This document shows positions 36,596 to 45,932 of a stretch of 64,000 bases of DNA, one piece after another. How positions within the stretch are numbered: the first letter of the stretch is position 1; every line of letters begins with the position of its first letter. The notes beneath the pieces were generated by a model. The model saw only the letters and a program-made list of their open reading frames with translations, was not told the origin of the DNA and searched no databases. The position numbers were made by a program, and so were the translations under genes. Origin of the DNA: an uncultured Acidimicrobiales bacterium (GTDB taxonomy: Bacteria > Actinomycetota > Acidimicrobiia > Acidimicrobiales > CADCSY01); contig CADCSY010000043.1 of assembly GCA_902805555.1 (NCBI GenBank), positions 1,028 to 65,027 of the forward strand. Direction: 5' to 3'.

Positions 36596-37582
36596 TCAGG
36601 CGCCGACGGCGGCTCGCAGCGTGTCGTCCACGACCTGCATGCGGTCCGGCCCCCATGGGTTCGGCATCAGCACGGGGACCTCGACGCCGGCCTCGACGTA
36701 GGCCTGCACGTAGTCGGCCACACCCCCGGCGTCGCCCATGAAGTCGATGGCGTCGACCATCCGGTCGCTCACCGCCGCGAGCGCGCCCTCGCGGTCACGG
36801 GCGGCGTGGGCCGAGCGGATGGCGGCAACCTCGTCACCGAAGCCGGCTCGGTCGAACGAGCGGGCGTAGGAGTCCACCACCGCATAGGAGAACAGGTCGC
36901 GCCGGGCAGCGTCGACCCCGTCGGCCCGCTCGGAGGCACTGCAGTGGACGTAGGCGTAGATGGCCGCCTCGCCCCCGGCCCTGACCTGCTCGACGGACCA
37001 CGGGACGTGGGTCGAGGGCAGGTAGTTGAGCAGCACGCCGTCGGCCACCTCACCGGCCATCCGGAGCATCCTCGGGTTGAGCGCGCCGACGACGACCTTC
37101 GGTCGCCGCTCGCCGAGCCGGACGCCGAGGGTCGCCCGCGAGCAGGAGTAGAACTCGCCGTCGAAGGTGACGCTCTCGCCGGAGAGGAGCTCCTTCACCA
37201 GCGTGACGAACTCCCGCGTCCGCTCGACGGGGCGGTCACCGTAGGGCGCACCGTGCCAGCGGGTCGTCACGACCGGCGAGGAGATGCCGACCCCGAGCAC
37301 GACCTCGGCGTCGGGGTGGAGCGCCTGGAGGGTGGCCGCGCCCATGGCGGCGACCATGGGCGTGCGCAGCTGGAGCGCCAGGACACCGGTGCCGAGTCCG
37401 AGCGTGGGGGCGGCCGCTCCGGCGGCCGCCAGGATCGAGAACGCCTCTGCGCCCGTCACCTCGGCGGTCCAGAAGGAGCGGTAGCCGAGCGCCTCCGCCC
37501 GGGTCGCCACCTCGAGGGCGCCGGGCACGCCGAGGGCGGGGAGGGCGGCGATGGTGACGCCGATGGGCACGTCGCGGTTCAT
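36596..37582 (-). CDS. Luciferase-like monooxygenase (LLM) class oxidoreductase
   Basis: LLM TIM-barrel patterns (LGYRSFWTAE, LGTGVLAL, GVGISS) in a 328-aa product. Confidence 0.75.
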   Translation of the reverse strand: MNRDVPIGVTIAALPALGVPGALEVATRAEALGYRSFWTAEVTGAEAFSILAAAGAAAPTLGLGTGVLALQLRTPMVAAMGAATLQALHPDAEVVLGVGISSPVVTTRWHGAPYGDRPVERTREFVTLVKELLSGESVTFDGEFYSCSRATLGVRLGERRPKVVVGALNPRMLRMAGEVADGVLLNYLPSTHVPWSVEQVRAGGEAAIYAYVHCSASERADGVDAARRDLFSYAVVDSYARSFDRAGFGDEVAAIRSAHAARDREGALAAVSDRMVDAIDFMGDAGGVADYVQAYVEAGVEVPVLMPNPWGPDRMQVVDDTLRAAVGA

Positions 37583-37761
37583 CGCCGGACCATAGGTGTC
37601 CGTCGGTCGGCGGGTCGGCGGGCGTCGCAGGCCGGACGGGCCGCCCGCCGGGGTGGGTCGTACGGTCCGGATCCCGCCGCTTGTCGGAGGGCGATGGCGG
37701 GTACCATGACAGCGTCCTCAAGTCCCCCCGCACGCAGGACGATCGAAGGGTAGGCACCCCG

Positions 37762-37968
37762 ATGGAGCACACGATGACCGACACCGCAGAGCCGAAGATC
37801 ATCCACGACGCCCTTGCGGTGATCGACCGTGGCCTCTCCGAGATGCTCCACCGCGAGCTCGTCTCCACCGACGAGGTCGCCGACCTCCTCCTCGACGTCC
37901 GGATGCTGCTCGCGTCGGTCGAGGTCGACCCCGACGTCGCCGTCGAGGTGCCTGCCGTCACCGGCTGA
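37762..37968 (+). CDS. Hypothetical small acidic protein (68 aa)
   Basis: ATG at 37762 is preceded by GAAGGGTAGG, and third-position GC is high. The helical acidic product is MEHTMTDTAEPKIIHDALAVIDRGLSEMLHRELV.... I recognise no family. Confidence 0.5.
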   Translation: MEHTMTDTAEPKIIHDALAVIDRGLSEMLHRELVSTDEVADLLLDVRMLLASVEVDPDVAVEVPAVTG

Positions 37969-37996
37969 GCCTCACGAGGGCGCAAGCCCTGTCGTA

Positions 37997-38020
37997 CCGG
38001 CGGCGGCTCGCTGCCGCCGG
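37997..38020 (+). terminator. Hairpin (8-bp stem CCGGCGGC/GCCGCCGG) 29 nt after the 37968 stop
   Basis: Read directly. It lies in a convergent intergenic region. Confidence 0.35.
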
Positions 38021-38069
38021 TCCCACAGACTCGGTCTGGCAGCAGGTCGGACATCGAGCGCACGTCGAG

Positions 38070-38089
38070 CGGCCGCCTCCGGGCGGCCG
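38070..38089 (-). terminator. Hairpin (8-bp stem CGGCCGCC/GGCGGCCG, 4-nt loop) about 20 nt after the WS/DGAT stop
   Basis: Read directly. It lies in a convergent intergenic region. Confidence 0.35.
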
Positions 38090-38110
38090 TCGTCGCGTCC
38101 CGCCCCGTCC

Positions 38111-39493
38111 TCAGCGGGCGGCGGTCCTGAGGTCGTCGTAGGCGTCGACCAGGCAGGACCGCAGCAGTCCCGGGTCCGACACGGCCCCGGTGTCGACGAG
38201 GCAGCCCATGTCGAGGTTGCCTGCGGAGGACAGCGTCGTCAGGTTGAAGGCGGTCCCGGCCAGCGGGCCCAGCGGGTGGTTGGCCTCGATCCGGCTGCCG
38301 GCGATGTAGACGGGGAAGGAGGCCCCCCGCACGTTGGACGTGGTGAAGTCGACCGTCCCCACCTGCTGGCGGGCCACCCTGGCCAGGACCGGCGTCGGCA
38401 GCACCGAGAGCAGTCCGGCGAGCCGACCCACGTTCCCCACCGCCTTCTCGGCCCGGTTCGCCCGGAGCGCCACCTGCACGGCATCGAAGCGGGCGACGGG
38501 ATCCTCGATCCCCGTGGGGACCAGCAACCTGGTCGGGGCGAAGCTGTTCGTCCCGCTCGAGCGCTCGACGCTCGACGCCGCCCTGGTGCTGACCGGCATG
38601 GCCATGCGCAGCTCGTCCACCTCCGAGCCACACCGGCGGTGGTAGGCGCCGGCGGCACCGACCGCCCCGGTCACGAACCAGTCGTTGACCGTCCCGCCGA
38701 GGCGCCCGGCCGCCGACTTCGCCTCTTCGAGTGGGATCGTCAGCACCTCGATCCGCCGCCGCAGGGAGCGCTCGGTCCACAGCGGCGAGCGGGCCGGCTC
38801 GGTCACGGCCAGCTGGCGCAGGACCGACCGGGCCGTCTCCACCGCCTCGCCTGCCCGCCCTGGTGCGGCCGTCGGATGGGTCAGCGTCTCGACGGTCCCC
38901 GCCATCGTCTGACGGGCGAGGTCGAGGGGGAGGCGCATGCCGGCGGTGACCGACTCGCGCACGACGTCGGAGATGGAGCGGGCCTCGGGGGCGGTCGCCT
39001 GCACGGAAGGCAGGGGGATGAGCGGCTCGGGCGCGTCCCGCTCGGCGTCCAGGAAGGAGGCCGACAGGCGCAGGCCTCCCTCGCCGTCGGTGATCGAGTG
39101 GTGGAGCTTCTGGATCATGGCGCCACGTCCGCCCTCGAGCCCCTCGACGAGGGTGAACTGCCAGAGCGGGCGGCCCCGGTCGAACGGGTCGGCCGACAGC
39201 ACCGCCGCGAGGTCGAGCACGGCTCGTTGGTCGAACGGTGCGGGCACCGCCACGGTGCGGACGTGGAAGTCGAGGTCGAACAACGGGTCGTCGATCCACG
39301 CAGGCGTCGCCAGACCCGGCCCGCCCTCGCCCACCCGCTGGCGCAGCCGGGGGATGGCGTCCACCGCGAGGCGCATGCGGGCCCGGAACCGCTCGGGGTC
39401 GGCGGGGCGGTCGAGGAACGTGACGTTGGCGAACGAGGAGCGCAGGACGGGATCGAGCTCGAGCGCCCACATGAGCGCCTCCTGGTCGCTCAT
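38111..39493 (-). CDS. Wax ester synthase / diacylglycerol O-acyltransferase (WS/DGAT) family
   Basis: Catalytic HHxxxDG motif (KLHHSITDGEGG) and a ~460-aa two-domain architecture. The start is taken at MSDQEALMW. A GTG 18 nt upstream or the ORF start at 39640 cannot be excluded. Confidence 0.85.
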   Translation of the reverse strand: MSDQEALMWALELDPVLRSSFANVTFLDRPADPERFRARMRLAVDAIPRLRQRVGEGGPGLATPAWIDDPLFDLDFHVRTVAVPAPFDQRAVLDLAAVLSADPFDRGRPLWQFTLVEGLEGGRGAMIQKLHHSITDGEGGLRLSASFLDAERDAPEPLIPLPSVQATAPEARSISDVVRESVTAGMRLPLDLARQTMAGTVETLTHPTAAPGRAGEAVETARSVLRQLAVTEPARSPLWTERSLRRRIEVLTIPLEEAKSAAGRLGGTVNDWFVTGAVGAAGAYHRRCGSEVDELRMAMPVSTRAASSVERSSGTNSFAPTRLLVPTGIEDPVARFDAVQVALRANRAEKAVGNVGRLAGLLSVLPTPVLARVARQQVGTVDFTTSNVRGASFPVYIAGSRIEANHPLGPLAGTAFNLTTLSSAGNLDMGCLVDTGAVSDPGLLRSCLVDAYDDLRTAAR

Positions 39494-39921
39494 GCGCTGC
39501 TCGAACGACACAGGGGCGGCCACGCCGAGACGGTATCCCGACGCTCGGTGCCGAGCTTCGTCGAGCCGACCCCGGCCAGCGCACGCACGGACGGACGCAG
39601 GTGCTGCGCTCGGCTCCATCACGCCTGCGGCGTGGAGCACGGGATCGGCGCCGGCTCCACCTGTTGGGATGCACGAGAGGGTCGGTGACGAGCAGGCGGA
39701 CGTGCTCGGTCGGTCGGTGGTGCGACGGGCCCTGGCTCAGGTGCCGCTGGGTCGCTGACCACCTCCAAGACACCTTCCCGGACGTCGACCGCTGGAGGAG
39801 GTCCTTCAGGCAGCCGACCGCACCAGGATCACGGTCACTGACGGAGCGTGCAACCTTCGAGCGTGAGCGGTGCAGGTGGTCAAGACTCGCCGCATCGTCG
39901 TCTACGACAGAGGTGAGGCGG

Positions 39922-40338
39922 ATGGCCAGGACGGGGTTCATCGATCACATCGGCATCGGCGTCCCGGATCTCGCCGCCGCACGGCGCTACTACGACGAGC
40001 TCATGCCGATCCTCGGACTCCGATCGTGGTTCCAGGCGGGCCCCGACGGCTCGTTCGGCTTCGGACCAGATGGCGCTCAGGGCGCGCAGATCTTCTTCTA
40101 CCAAGCGCTCGAGCCGACGACCCACTCCCGGCACGGCACCGGCCTGCAGCACCTGTCGTTCATGGTCGAACGTCGAGCCGTCGTCCGGGAGGCACATGCC
40201 TGGGCGTGCAGCCAGCGGGCCGAGGTCGTCCACGAGCCGCGCGAGTTCCCCGAGTACGGCCAGCACTTCGCGACGTTCTGGCTCGACCCGCACGGGTTCA
40301 TGCTCGAGGCCGTTGCGCACGTCCCCGAGGAGGACTGA
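39922..40338 (+). CDS. VOC (glyoxalase/bleomycin-resistance/dioxygenase) family protein
   Basis: ATG at 39922 is preceded by GAGGTGAGG. The product has IDHIGIGVPDLAAARRYY (the first beta-alpha-beta-beta-beta module) and HLSF...DPHGFMLE. Confidence 0.75.
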   Translation: MARTGFIDHIGIGVPDLAAARRYYDELMPILGLRSWFQAGPDGSFGFGPDGAQGAQIFFYQALEPTTHSRHGTGLQHLSFMVERRAVVREAHAWACSQRAEVVHEPREFPEYGQHFATFWLDPHGFMLEAVAHVPEED

Positions 40339-40412
40339 AGCGCGATCGGGTGCCGTGGCCGGGTGTGCGTGAGGCCCGACGAGCGTCGACAGACCCCCTG
40401 ACCTGCGGCGCG

Positions 40413-41021
40413 CTACCGGCTGACCGTGTAGTGCTTGAACTCGTTGAGGGCGGGCCAGGCGGTGAGCATGTCGATGATGCGCTCCACCGCGGCCACCGCC
40501 TCGGTCGGGTCCGACGGCCGGTCCATCAGCCGGACGAAGGCTGCCTGGCCACCGGCGAGGAAGGCGGGGACGCCCCACACCTCGTGGTCACGCACGAGGC
40601 GGGTGTGCTCCTCGGCCACCGTCTTGAGGGGGACCCCGGTTGCCACCTCGGCGAAGGCGGCGTCGACGTCGATGCCTGTGGGGGCGAGGGCCGCTCGGAG
40701 GGCCTCTTCGCTGCGCAGGTCGCCCCCCTCGTCGTGCCGGAGCCGGAACAGTGCAGCGTGGGCGGCGCGGAAGTGCTCCGGCTGCCCGTCCCGGACCGCC
40801 ATGGAGACCTGCAGGGCGAGCAGGCCCGAGTCGGTCTCTGGGGCGTCCCACACGTCGACCCCGCCCTGCTCGACCTTCGCCTGGCTGAGCGAGAAGGGCG
40901 TGAAGCGCACGTCCCAGCCGGCACCCGCCTCCAGACCTGCGAGCACGAGCTCGTGGGCGTTGCGGGCGAAGGGGCAGCGGTAGTCGAAGGCGACCTCGAG
41001 CTGGCGCTCGTCGTTGTGCAT
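40413..41021 (-). CDS. DsbA-like thioredoxin-fold protein (single-Cys CPFA motif)
   Basis: The internal Met of ORF 40413..41336 gives a 202-aa product. It has FDYRCPFARN at the position of the CxxC motif and ...VWGVPAF..., as in the DsbA/HCCA-isomerase-like family. Confidence 0.65.
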   Translation of the reverse strand: MHNDERQLEVAFDYRCPFARNAHELVLAGLEAGAGWDVRFTPFSLSQAKVEQGGVDVWDAPETDSGLLALQVSMAVRDGQPEHFRAAHAALFRLRHDEGGDLRSEEALRAALAPTGIDVDAAFAEVATGVPLKTVAEEHTRLVRDHEVWGVPAFLAGGQAAFVRLMDRPSDPTEAVAAVERIIDMLTAWPALNEFKHYTVSR

Positions 41022-41071
41022 GACCGCTCCAACGCCGGGCGGACGCCTGTGCTTCCCCCAAGGAGGAGGCC

Positions 41072-41803
41072 TCAGCGGGGGAGCGGCCAGATGCGACGGG
41101 CGGCTGCGCCGAGGCCCACGCCGATGAGCGAGCCCGCGACGACGTCGGAGGGGTGGTGGATGCGGACGTGGACGCGGCTGGCGGCCACGACCGAGGCGAG
41201 CCCGTACCAGAACGGGTTCCGGCGTCGGTTCCCGTTGGCCAGGAGGGTCGCCGCCATGAAGCCCGAGGTGGCGTGGCCGCTCGGGAAGCTGCTGGACCGG
41301 GGCTTGCGCAGCGCATGCGAGCGCTCCTGCTCCCACTCCGGGCGTTCCCGGCGGAAGAACGACTTCACGATGCCGTTGATCAGCACCGACTCCACCAGGA
41401 GGCTCGTGCCGAGGCGCAGCGCCTCACGCTCGTGGGCAGGCGAGCGCAGCGCCCGGGCAGTCCCGATGAGGTGCCACAAGAGCGAGAAGTCGCCGAGGGC
41501 CGAGGCGGCGAACATGGCCTTGTTGGTCCGGGGGTTGCGGCGCAGGCCGGCGAAGGAGCGGTCCAACGACACGTCGAAGCGGCGGACGAGGCCGGCGAGG
41601 CCGGGAGGCAGCACGGCGTCGACCGGGCTCTCGGACGGGCGCTCCGTTCCGGCCGGGGTGCCGCCGAGGGCGGTGACCGCGGCCTCGGCGACGGGGTGCT
41701 CGGCGTCGGGTGGCACGCCCAGCGCAGCGACGGCTGCCTCCAGCGCGTGGTGCGGGGCACCGTCGGTCTCGTCGGACGGGCCGGGTGGTCGCGAGCTGGA
41801 CAT
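41072..41803 (-). CDS. PAP2 superfamily phosphatase with a ~90-aa acidic/Pro-rich N-terminal extension
   Basis: PAP2 motifs are KSFFRRERP (C1), SFPSGH (C2) and SRVHVRIHHPSD (C3). The start is at MSSSRPP inside ORF 41072..42607. Confidence 0.8.
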   Translation of the reverse strand: MSSSRPPGPSDETDGAPHHALEAAVAALGVPPDAEHPVAEAAVTALGGTPAGTERPSESPVDAVLPPGLAGLVRRFDVSLDRSFAGLRRNPRTNKAMFAASALGDFSLLWHLIGTARALRSPAHEREALRLGTSLLVESVLINGIVKSFFRRERPEWEQERSHALRKPRSSSFPSGHATSGFMAATLLANGNRRRNPFWYGLASVVAASRVHVRIHHPSDVVAGSLIGVGLGAAARRIWPLPR

Positions 41804-41847
41804 CGAGGGCACGGTACCCGTGGGTCGAGGGCTGGCTGCGCAGCCGG

Positions 41848-42681
41848 TCAGCGGGGGAGCAGGTCCCGGCCGACCACGTCCGCCACCGCCACCGGGTCTT
41901 CGAGCGGCCCGAAGTGGCCGAGCTGCTCGAACACCTCGACCCGCCCGGCTGGCAGCCGCCCTGCGAGCTGGGTGGCCAGCTCCCGGCCGATCGTGGCCTG
42001 TGCCCCGCCGCAGGCGACGGTGGTCGGACAGGCGACCTCGGGCAGCGCGTCCCAGCCGCCGTGGGACCTGCCCATCAGGTACACCTGCGACTCGTCCTCG
42101 GGCCGGCACCGCAGCACGATGCTGCCGTCCTCCTGCTCCTCGAACCCGTGCTCGACGTAGGCGGCCAGCGCGTCGGCGTCGAGCACCTGCAGCGGCGGCT
42201 TCGAGGAGTAGTTGGCGATGGCGGCCTGGCGGGACGGGAAGGTGTCCCGGCGCCTCGCCGCCCCCTCCGCCAGCCCGCTGTCCCCGCCCCCCGGCCCACC
42301 GGCGGGCGGGAAGACGATCGGCTCGTAGCACCAGAGCCCGGCGAAGGTGCCCGGCCGGGCCGCCTCCGCGAGCAGGAGGGCGGCTCCGCCCTTCGAGTGC
42401 CCCACGGCCGCCGCCCCTCGCAGCTCGAGCGCCTCGACCACGGCGTGCACGTCGTCGGCGAAGCCCTCCCAGGCGAAGCCCCGAACCGGGTCCGGCGAGC
42501 TCGACAGGCCGTGCCCCCGGAAGTCGACCGCCCACAGGCGGAAGCGGTCCTCGAGGTGGCGCGCCAGCGGCCGCCAGACCAGCCCGTGGAACCCGGTGGC
42601 GTGGCACAGCAGCAGAGGTGGGCCGACGCCGCCGAGGTCGTGCACCTCCAGCTCGACCCCGTCGGTGGAGGGGACCCGCAC
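41848..42681 (-). CDS. Alpha/beta hydrolase
   Basis: Oxyanion region LLLCHATGF, nucleophile elbow GHSKGG and a C-terminal His (LGHFGPLE). Confidence 0.8.
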   Translation of the reverse strand: MRVPSTDGVELEVHDLGGVGPPLLLCHATGFHGLVWRPLARHLEDRFRLWAVDFRGHGLSSSPDPVRGFAWEGFADDVHAVVEALELRGAAAVGHSKGGAALLLAEAARPGTFAGLWCYEPIVFPPAGGPGGGDSGLAEGAARRRDTFPSRQAAIANYSSKPPLQVLDADALAAYVEHGFEEQEDGSIVLRCRPEDESQVYLMGRSHGGWDALPEVACPTTVACGGAQATIGRELATQLAGRLPAGRVEVFEQLGHFGPLEDPVAVADVVGRDLLPR

Positions 42682-42722
42682 CTCCTCATCCTGGCAGCCG
42701 ACCGGGGGCGGCCGTCCCTGGC

Positions 42723-43148
42723 CTGAACGGTAGGCTCCCGCCCATCAGCGAGACCGACGCCGACGCCGTCCTGGCGGTGAACCACCGCTTCTACGACGCC
42801 TTCGAGCGCCGGGACCTCGACGCCATGTCCGACCTGTGGGAGCACTCCGACCGCGTCGTCTGCACCCACCCGGGCTGGTCGACCCTGCGCGGCTGGGCCA
42901 GCGTGTCCGCCTCGTTCTTCGCGCTCTTCCAGGGCCAGCAGCACCTCCAGTTCATCCTCACCGAGGCCCGGGCCGAGCTGGCGGGTGAGGTGGCCTGGGT
43001 GGCGGTCGACGAGAACATCCTGGGGGACGCGGCCGGGGGCACGGCAGCCGCCCTCAACGTCTTCGCCAGGGTGGACGGCGGGTGGCGCATGGTGGTGCAC
43101 CACGCCTCGGTGGTGGCGGCGTCCACCGGACCGGGCGACGCAGGCTGA
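42723..43148 (+). CDS. NTF2/SnoaL-like (DUF4440-type) protein; start codon unresolved
   Basis: The last ~140 codons of the artefactual ORF 39870..43148 encode ...SETDADAVLAVNHRFYDAFERRDLDAMSDLWEH...WRMVVHHAS. There is no ATG/GTG/TTG in frame between 42663 and 42776. Candidate starts are CTG 42723, ATC 42744 and GTG 42777, the last of which would truncate helix 1. Confidence 0.6.
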   Translation: MNGRLPPISETDADAVLAVNHRFYDAFERRDLDAMSDLWEHSDRVVCTHPGWSTLRGWASVSASFFALFQGQQHLQFILTEARAELAGEVAWVAVDENILGDAAGGTAAALNVFARVDGGWRMVVHHASVVAASTGPGDAG

Positions 43149-43237
43149 GAGACCCCTCGGCACGAGGTCCGGTCCGCCACGTGCGGGAGCGGACCGGTCG
43201 CCGGGGGTTCGGCGCACAGGTGGGCCGGTAACGTCCT

Positions 43238-43663
43238 GTGGTGGCTCGCTCGGTGGCGGCACCGCTCGGCCCCCGATCGGTCGAGTCTCCTGCCCGGCGC
43301 CGGTCGCGAGCGGCGCTCTCGTCCGTGATGGTCGGCGCCGGGATCCTGCACTTCGTGATCCCGGACACCTACGCGTCGATCGTCCCTGGCGCGCTGGGGA
43401 ACGCAAGGACGGTGGTGTTCGTGAGCGGGGTGGCCGAGGTCGCCGCCGGCGTCCTGCTGGCCCGGAGGACGACCCGTCGCATCGGCGCCTGGTGCACGGT
43501 CGGCGTGCTGGTGGCGGTGTTCCCGGCCAACGTGCAGATGGCGCTCGACGCTCGACCGGGAGGCGGCCAGGGATGGACCACGTCCCAGCTGGTGGCCTGG
43601 TTGCGGCTGCCCCTGCAGCTGCCGCTCGTGCTGTGGGCGCTGTCCCACGCCCGCCGACGGTGA
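43238..43663 (+). CDS. DoxX-like small membrane protein
   Basis: Four hydrophobic segments with the pattern GAGILHFVIPDTYASIVP...VAVFPANVQMA, which I associate with DoxX-like/YndJ-type membrane proteins. Confidence 0.55.
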   Translation: MVARSVAAPLGPRSVESPARRRSRAALSSVMVGAGILHFVIPDTYASIVPGALGNARTVVFVSGVAEVAAGVLLARRTTRRIGAWCTVGVLVAVFPANVQMALDARPGGGQGWTTSQLVAWLRLPLQLPLVLWALSHARRR

Positions 43664-43705
43664 CCGGCTCGGCGCCACGCGACGAGCGGTGGGGGCGGGG
43701 AGCCC

Positions 43706-44599
43706 CTAGGAGAAGTGCTTGAGCAGCCCGCCGATCTCCTCGCCGGAGCTCGTGGGGATCGTGTAGCCCTCGGTGTCGCGGATCTCGTCGAAGTGGTCGC
43801 GCACGTCCTCGAGGCTCAGCTCGGGGTTGAAGTAGCCCTCGGTGAGGCCGATGAAGAACCGGGCGATGCGGCCGCCGGCGGCGCTGTAGACCTCGCCGGT
43901 CACCGGGCAGTCCTCGTGGACGAGCCACGCCACGATCGGCGAGACGAGCTTCGGGTCGAGCTTCTCGGCGAAGGCGCCCATCAGCTCCTCGGTCATGCGG
44001 GTCCGTGCGATCGGGGCGAGGGCGTTGACCTTGATGTTGTACTTGGCCCCTTCGATGGCGAGGACCCGGGTGAGGCCGACGAGGCCCATCTTGGCGGCGC
44101 CGTAGTTGGCCTGGCCGAAGTTGCCGAGGACGCCTGAGTTCGACGCGGTGTGCACCACCCGGCCGTAGCCCTGCTCGCGCATGCTCACCCAGGCCGGGCG
44201 GGTGACGTTGAAGGCCCCCTTCAGGTGCACGTCGAGGACGGGGTCGACGAGGTCTGGCCCCTGGTTGTGGAACGACTTGTCGCGCAGGATCCCGGCGTTG
44301 TTGATCACGATGTCGACCCGGCCGTAGGCGTCGAGCGCCGTCTTGACGATCGCCTCCCCACCCTCGGGGGTCGCGACCGAGCTCGTGTCGGGCACGGCGA
44401 CGCCGCCGAGCCCCTCGATCTCCTGGGCCGTGCGCTCGGCCGGTCCGGCGTCGCCGCCCTCACCGGTCACAGACCCGCCGAGGTCGTTCACGACGACCTG
44501 CGCGCCCCGTGACGCCAGCAGCAGCGCGTGCTCACGCCCGAGCCCCCCGCCTGCGCCCGTGATGATCGCAACCTTGCCGTCGAACCCCAGGTCAGCCAT
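43706..44599 (-). CDS. SDR oxidoreductase resembling the dehydrogenase domain of multifunctional enzyme type 2 (3-hydroxyacyl-CoA dehydrogenase-like)
   Basis: The start is MADLGFDGKVAIITGAGGGLGREHA. Motifs are NNAGILRD and YGAAKMG. The C-terminal extension is typical of the MFE-2/FabG4-like group. Confidence 0.8.
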   Translation of the reverse strand: MADLGFDGKVAIITGAGGGLGREHALLLASRGAQVVVNDLGGSVTGEGGDAGPAERTAQEIEGLGGVAVPDTSSVATPEGGEAIVKTALDAYGRVDIVINNAGILRDKSFHNQGPDLVDPVLDVHLKGAFNVTRPAWVSMREQGYGRVVHTASNSGVLGNFGQANYGAAKMGLVGLTRVLAIEGAKYNIKVNALAPIARTRMTEELMGAFAEKLDPKLVSPIVAWLVHEDCPVTGEVYSAAGGRIARFFIGLTEGYFNPELSLEDVRDHFDEIRDTEGYTIPTSSGEEIGGLLKHFS

Positions 44600-44709
44600 G
44601 GGCGGACGATAGGCGCGGACCTCGCGGGGGCACCAAAGCCGGGGGCCCCCGAGCGGCCCCCTGCGGGGACCCACCGCCGCCGGCGATCGGGCCGCCTATC
44701 GTCCGCACC

Positions 44710-45894
44710 GTGGACTTCGAGCTGCCGCCCGCAGACGATCCCCGCCGCGTCGCCGTGCGGGCCTGGCTGGCCGACCACCCGTCGCCGTCGGGGCGGGAGC
44801 TGGCCGAGGGGGGCCTGGTGGCCCCGCACTGGCCGAGGCCCTGGGGGCTCGACGCCGACCCGGTGCACCAGCTCGTGATCGACGAGGAGCTGCGGCGGGC
44901 GGGGGTGCGCAGACCCGCCAACCCCATCGGGATCGGCTGGGCCGGCCCCACGATCGTGCACGCAGGGACGCCCGACCAGCAGCGGCGCTACCTCCCCGGG
45001 CTCCTCTCGGGCGAGGAGATCTGGTGCCAGCTCTTCAGCGAACCCGGGGCCGGGTCGGACCTCGCCGGCCTCAGCACCAGGGCGGAGCGGGACGGCGACA
45101 GCTGGGTCGTGCGCGGCCAGAAGGTGTGGACGTCGCTCGCCCACAACGCCCGCTACGGGATCCTGATCGCCCGCACCGATCCCGACGTGGCCAAGCACAA
45201 GGGCATCTCGTACTTCGTGTGCCCGATGGACACGCCCGGGATCGAGATCCGGCCGATCATCGAGATGACGGGGGGCCACACGTTCAACGAGGTGTTCCTC
45301 GACGACGTCCGCCTCCCCGGCGACGCCCTCATCGGCGAGGCCCACGAGGGCTGGACGCTGGCCAAGGTGACGCTGTCGAACGAGCGGGTCTCGCTCTCAT
45401 CGGGCGGCGCGCTGTGGGGCAACGGTCCCGCAGCCTCCGACCTGTTCGACGAGGTGCGGGCCGCGGGGGGCACCGACGACCCGCTCCAGCGCCAGCGGCT
45501 CGCGGGGCTCTGGATCGAGGCGGAGATCCTCCGCCTCATCCGGCTGCGAACGGTGAGCGCCCTCGTGCGGGGGGAGCAGCCGGGGCCAGAGGCCTCGATC
45601 CGGAAGATGCTGGCCGACGAGCACGGCCAGTCGATCATGGGCCTGGCCAAGGACCTCGCCGGCAGCGCCGGGATGCTCGAGACTGCCGGCCCGCTCGGCC
45701 GGAGCGACCGCCACGGTTGGTCCTACGGGTTCCTGTTCGCCCCCGCCCTCACCGTCGGCGGCGGGACGAGCGAGGTGCAGCGCAACATCGTCGCCGAGCG
45801 GGTGCTCGGCCTGCCCCACGACGTGGACGTCGAGGCTGGCCGCACCTACGCCGAGACCTCACGGTCTGGCTCGGCCCCGCAGCCGACTGCCTGA
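44710..45894 (+). CDS. Acyl-CoA dehydrogenase
   Basis: ACAD patterns are CQLFSEPGAGSDLAG, KVWTSLAH and the C-terminal GGTSEVQRNIVAERVLGLP. Confidence 0.9.
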   Translation: MDFELPPADDPRRVAVRAWLADHPSPSGRELAEGGLVAPHWPRPWGLDADPVHQLVIDEELRRAGVRRPANPIGIGWAGPTIVHAGTPDQQRRYLPGLLSGEEIWCQLFSEPGAGSDLAGLSTRAERDGDSWVVRGQKVWTSLAHNARYGILIARTDPDVAKHKGISYFVCPMDTPGIEIRPIIEMTGGHTFNEVFLDDVRLPGDALIGEAHEGWTLAKVTLSNERVSLSSGGALWGNGPAASDLFDEVRAAGGTDDPLQRQRLAGLWIEAEILRLIRLRTVSALVRGEQPGPEASIRKMLADEHGQSIMGLAKDLAGSAGMLETAGPLGRSDRHGWSYGFLFAPALTVGGGTSEVQRNIVAERVLGLPHDVDVEAGRTYAETSRSGSAPQPTA

Positions 45895-45932
45895 GCCGGC
45901 CCCCGGAGGGCGGGGCCGGCGGGCCGGACGGT

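Noticed and set aside
37236-39941. 901-aa minus-strand ORF overlapping WS/DGAT in another frame; the same applies to 57140..59125 (-), 61831..63945 (-) and 1142..3127 (-)
   Set aside because: The translations are low-complexity and Arg/Pro-rich, lack motifs, and each overlaps a gene with clear family signatures. These are GC artefacts.
39870-43148. 1092-aa plus-strand ORF spanning the VOC, DsbA-like, PAP2 and hydrolase region
   Set aside because: It runs antisense to three well-supported minus-strand genes and out of frame with the plus-strand VOC gene, and is mostly Arg/Pro/Ala repeats. Only its last ~140 codons (the NTF2-like domain) look like real coding sequence.
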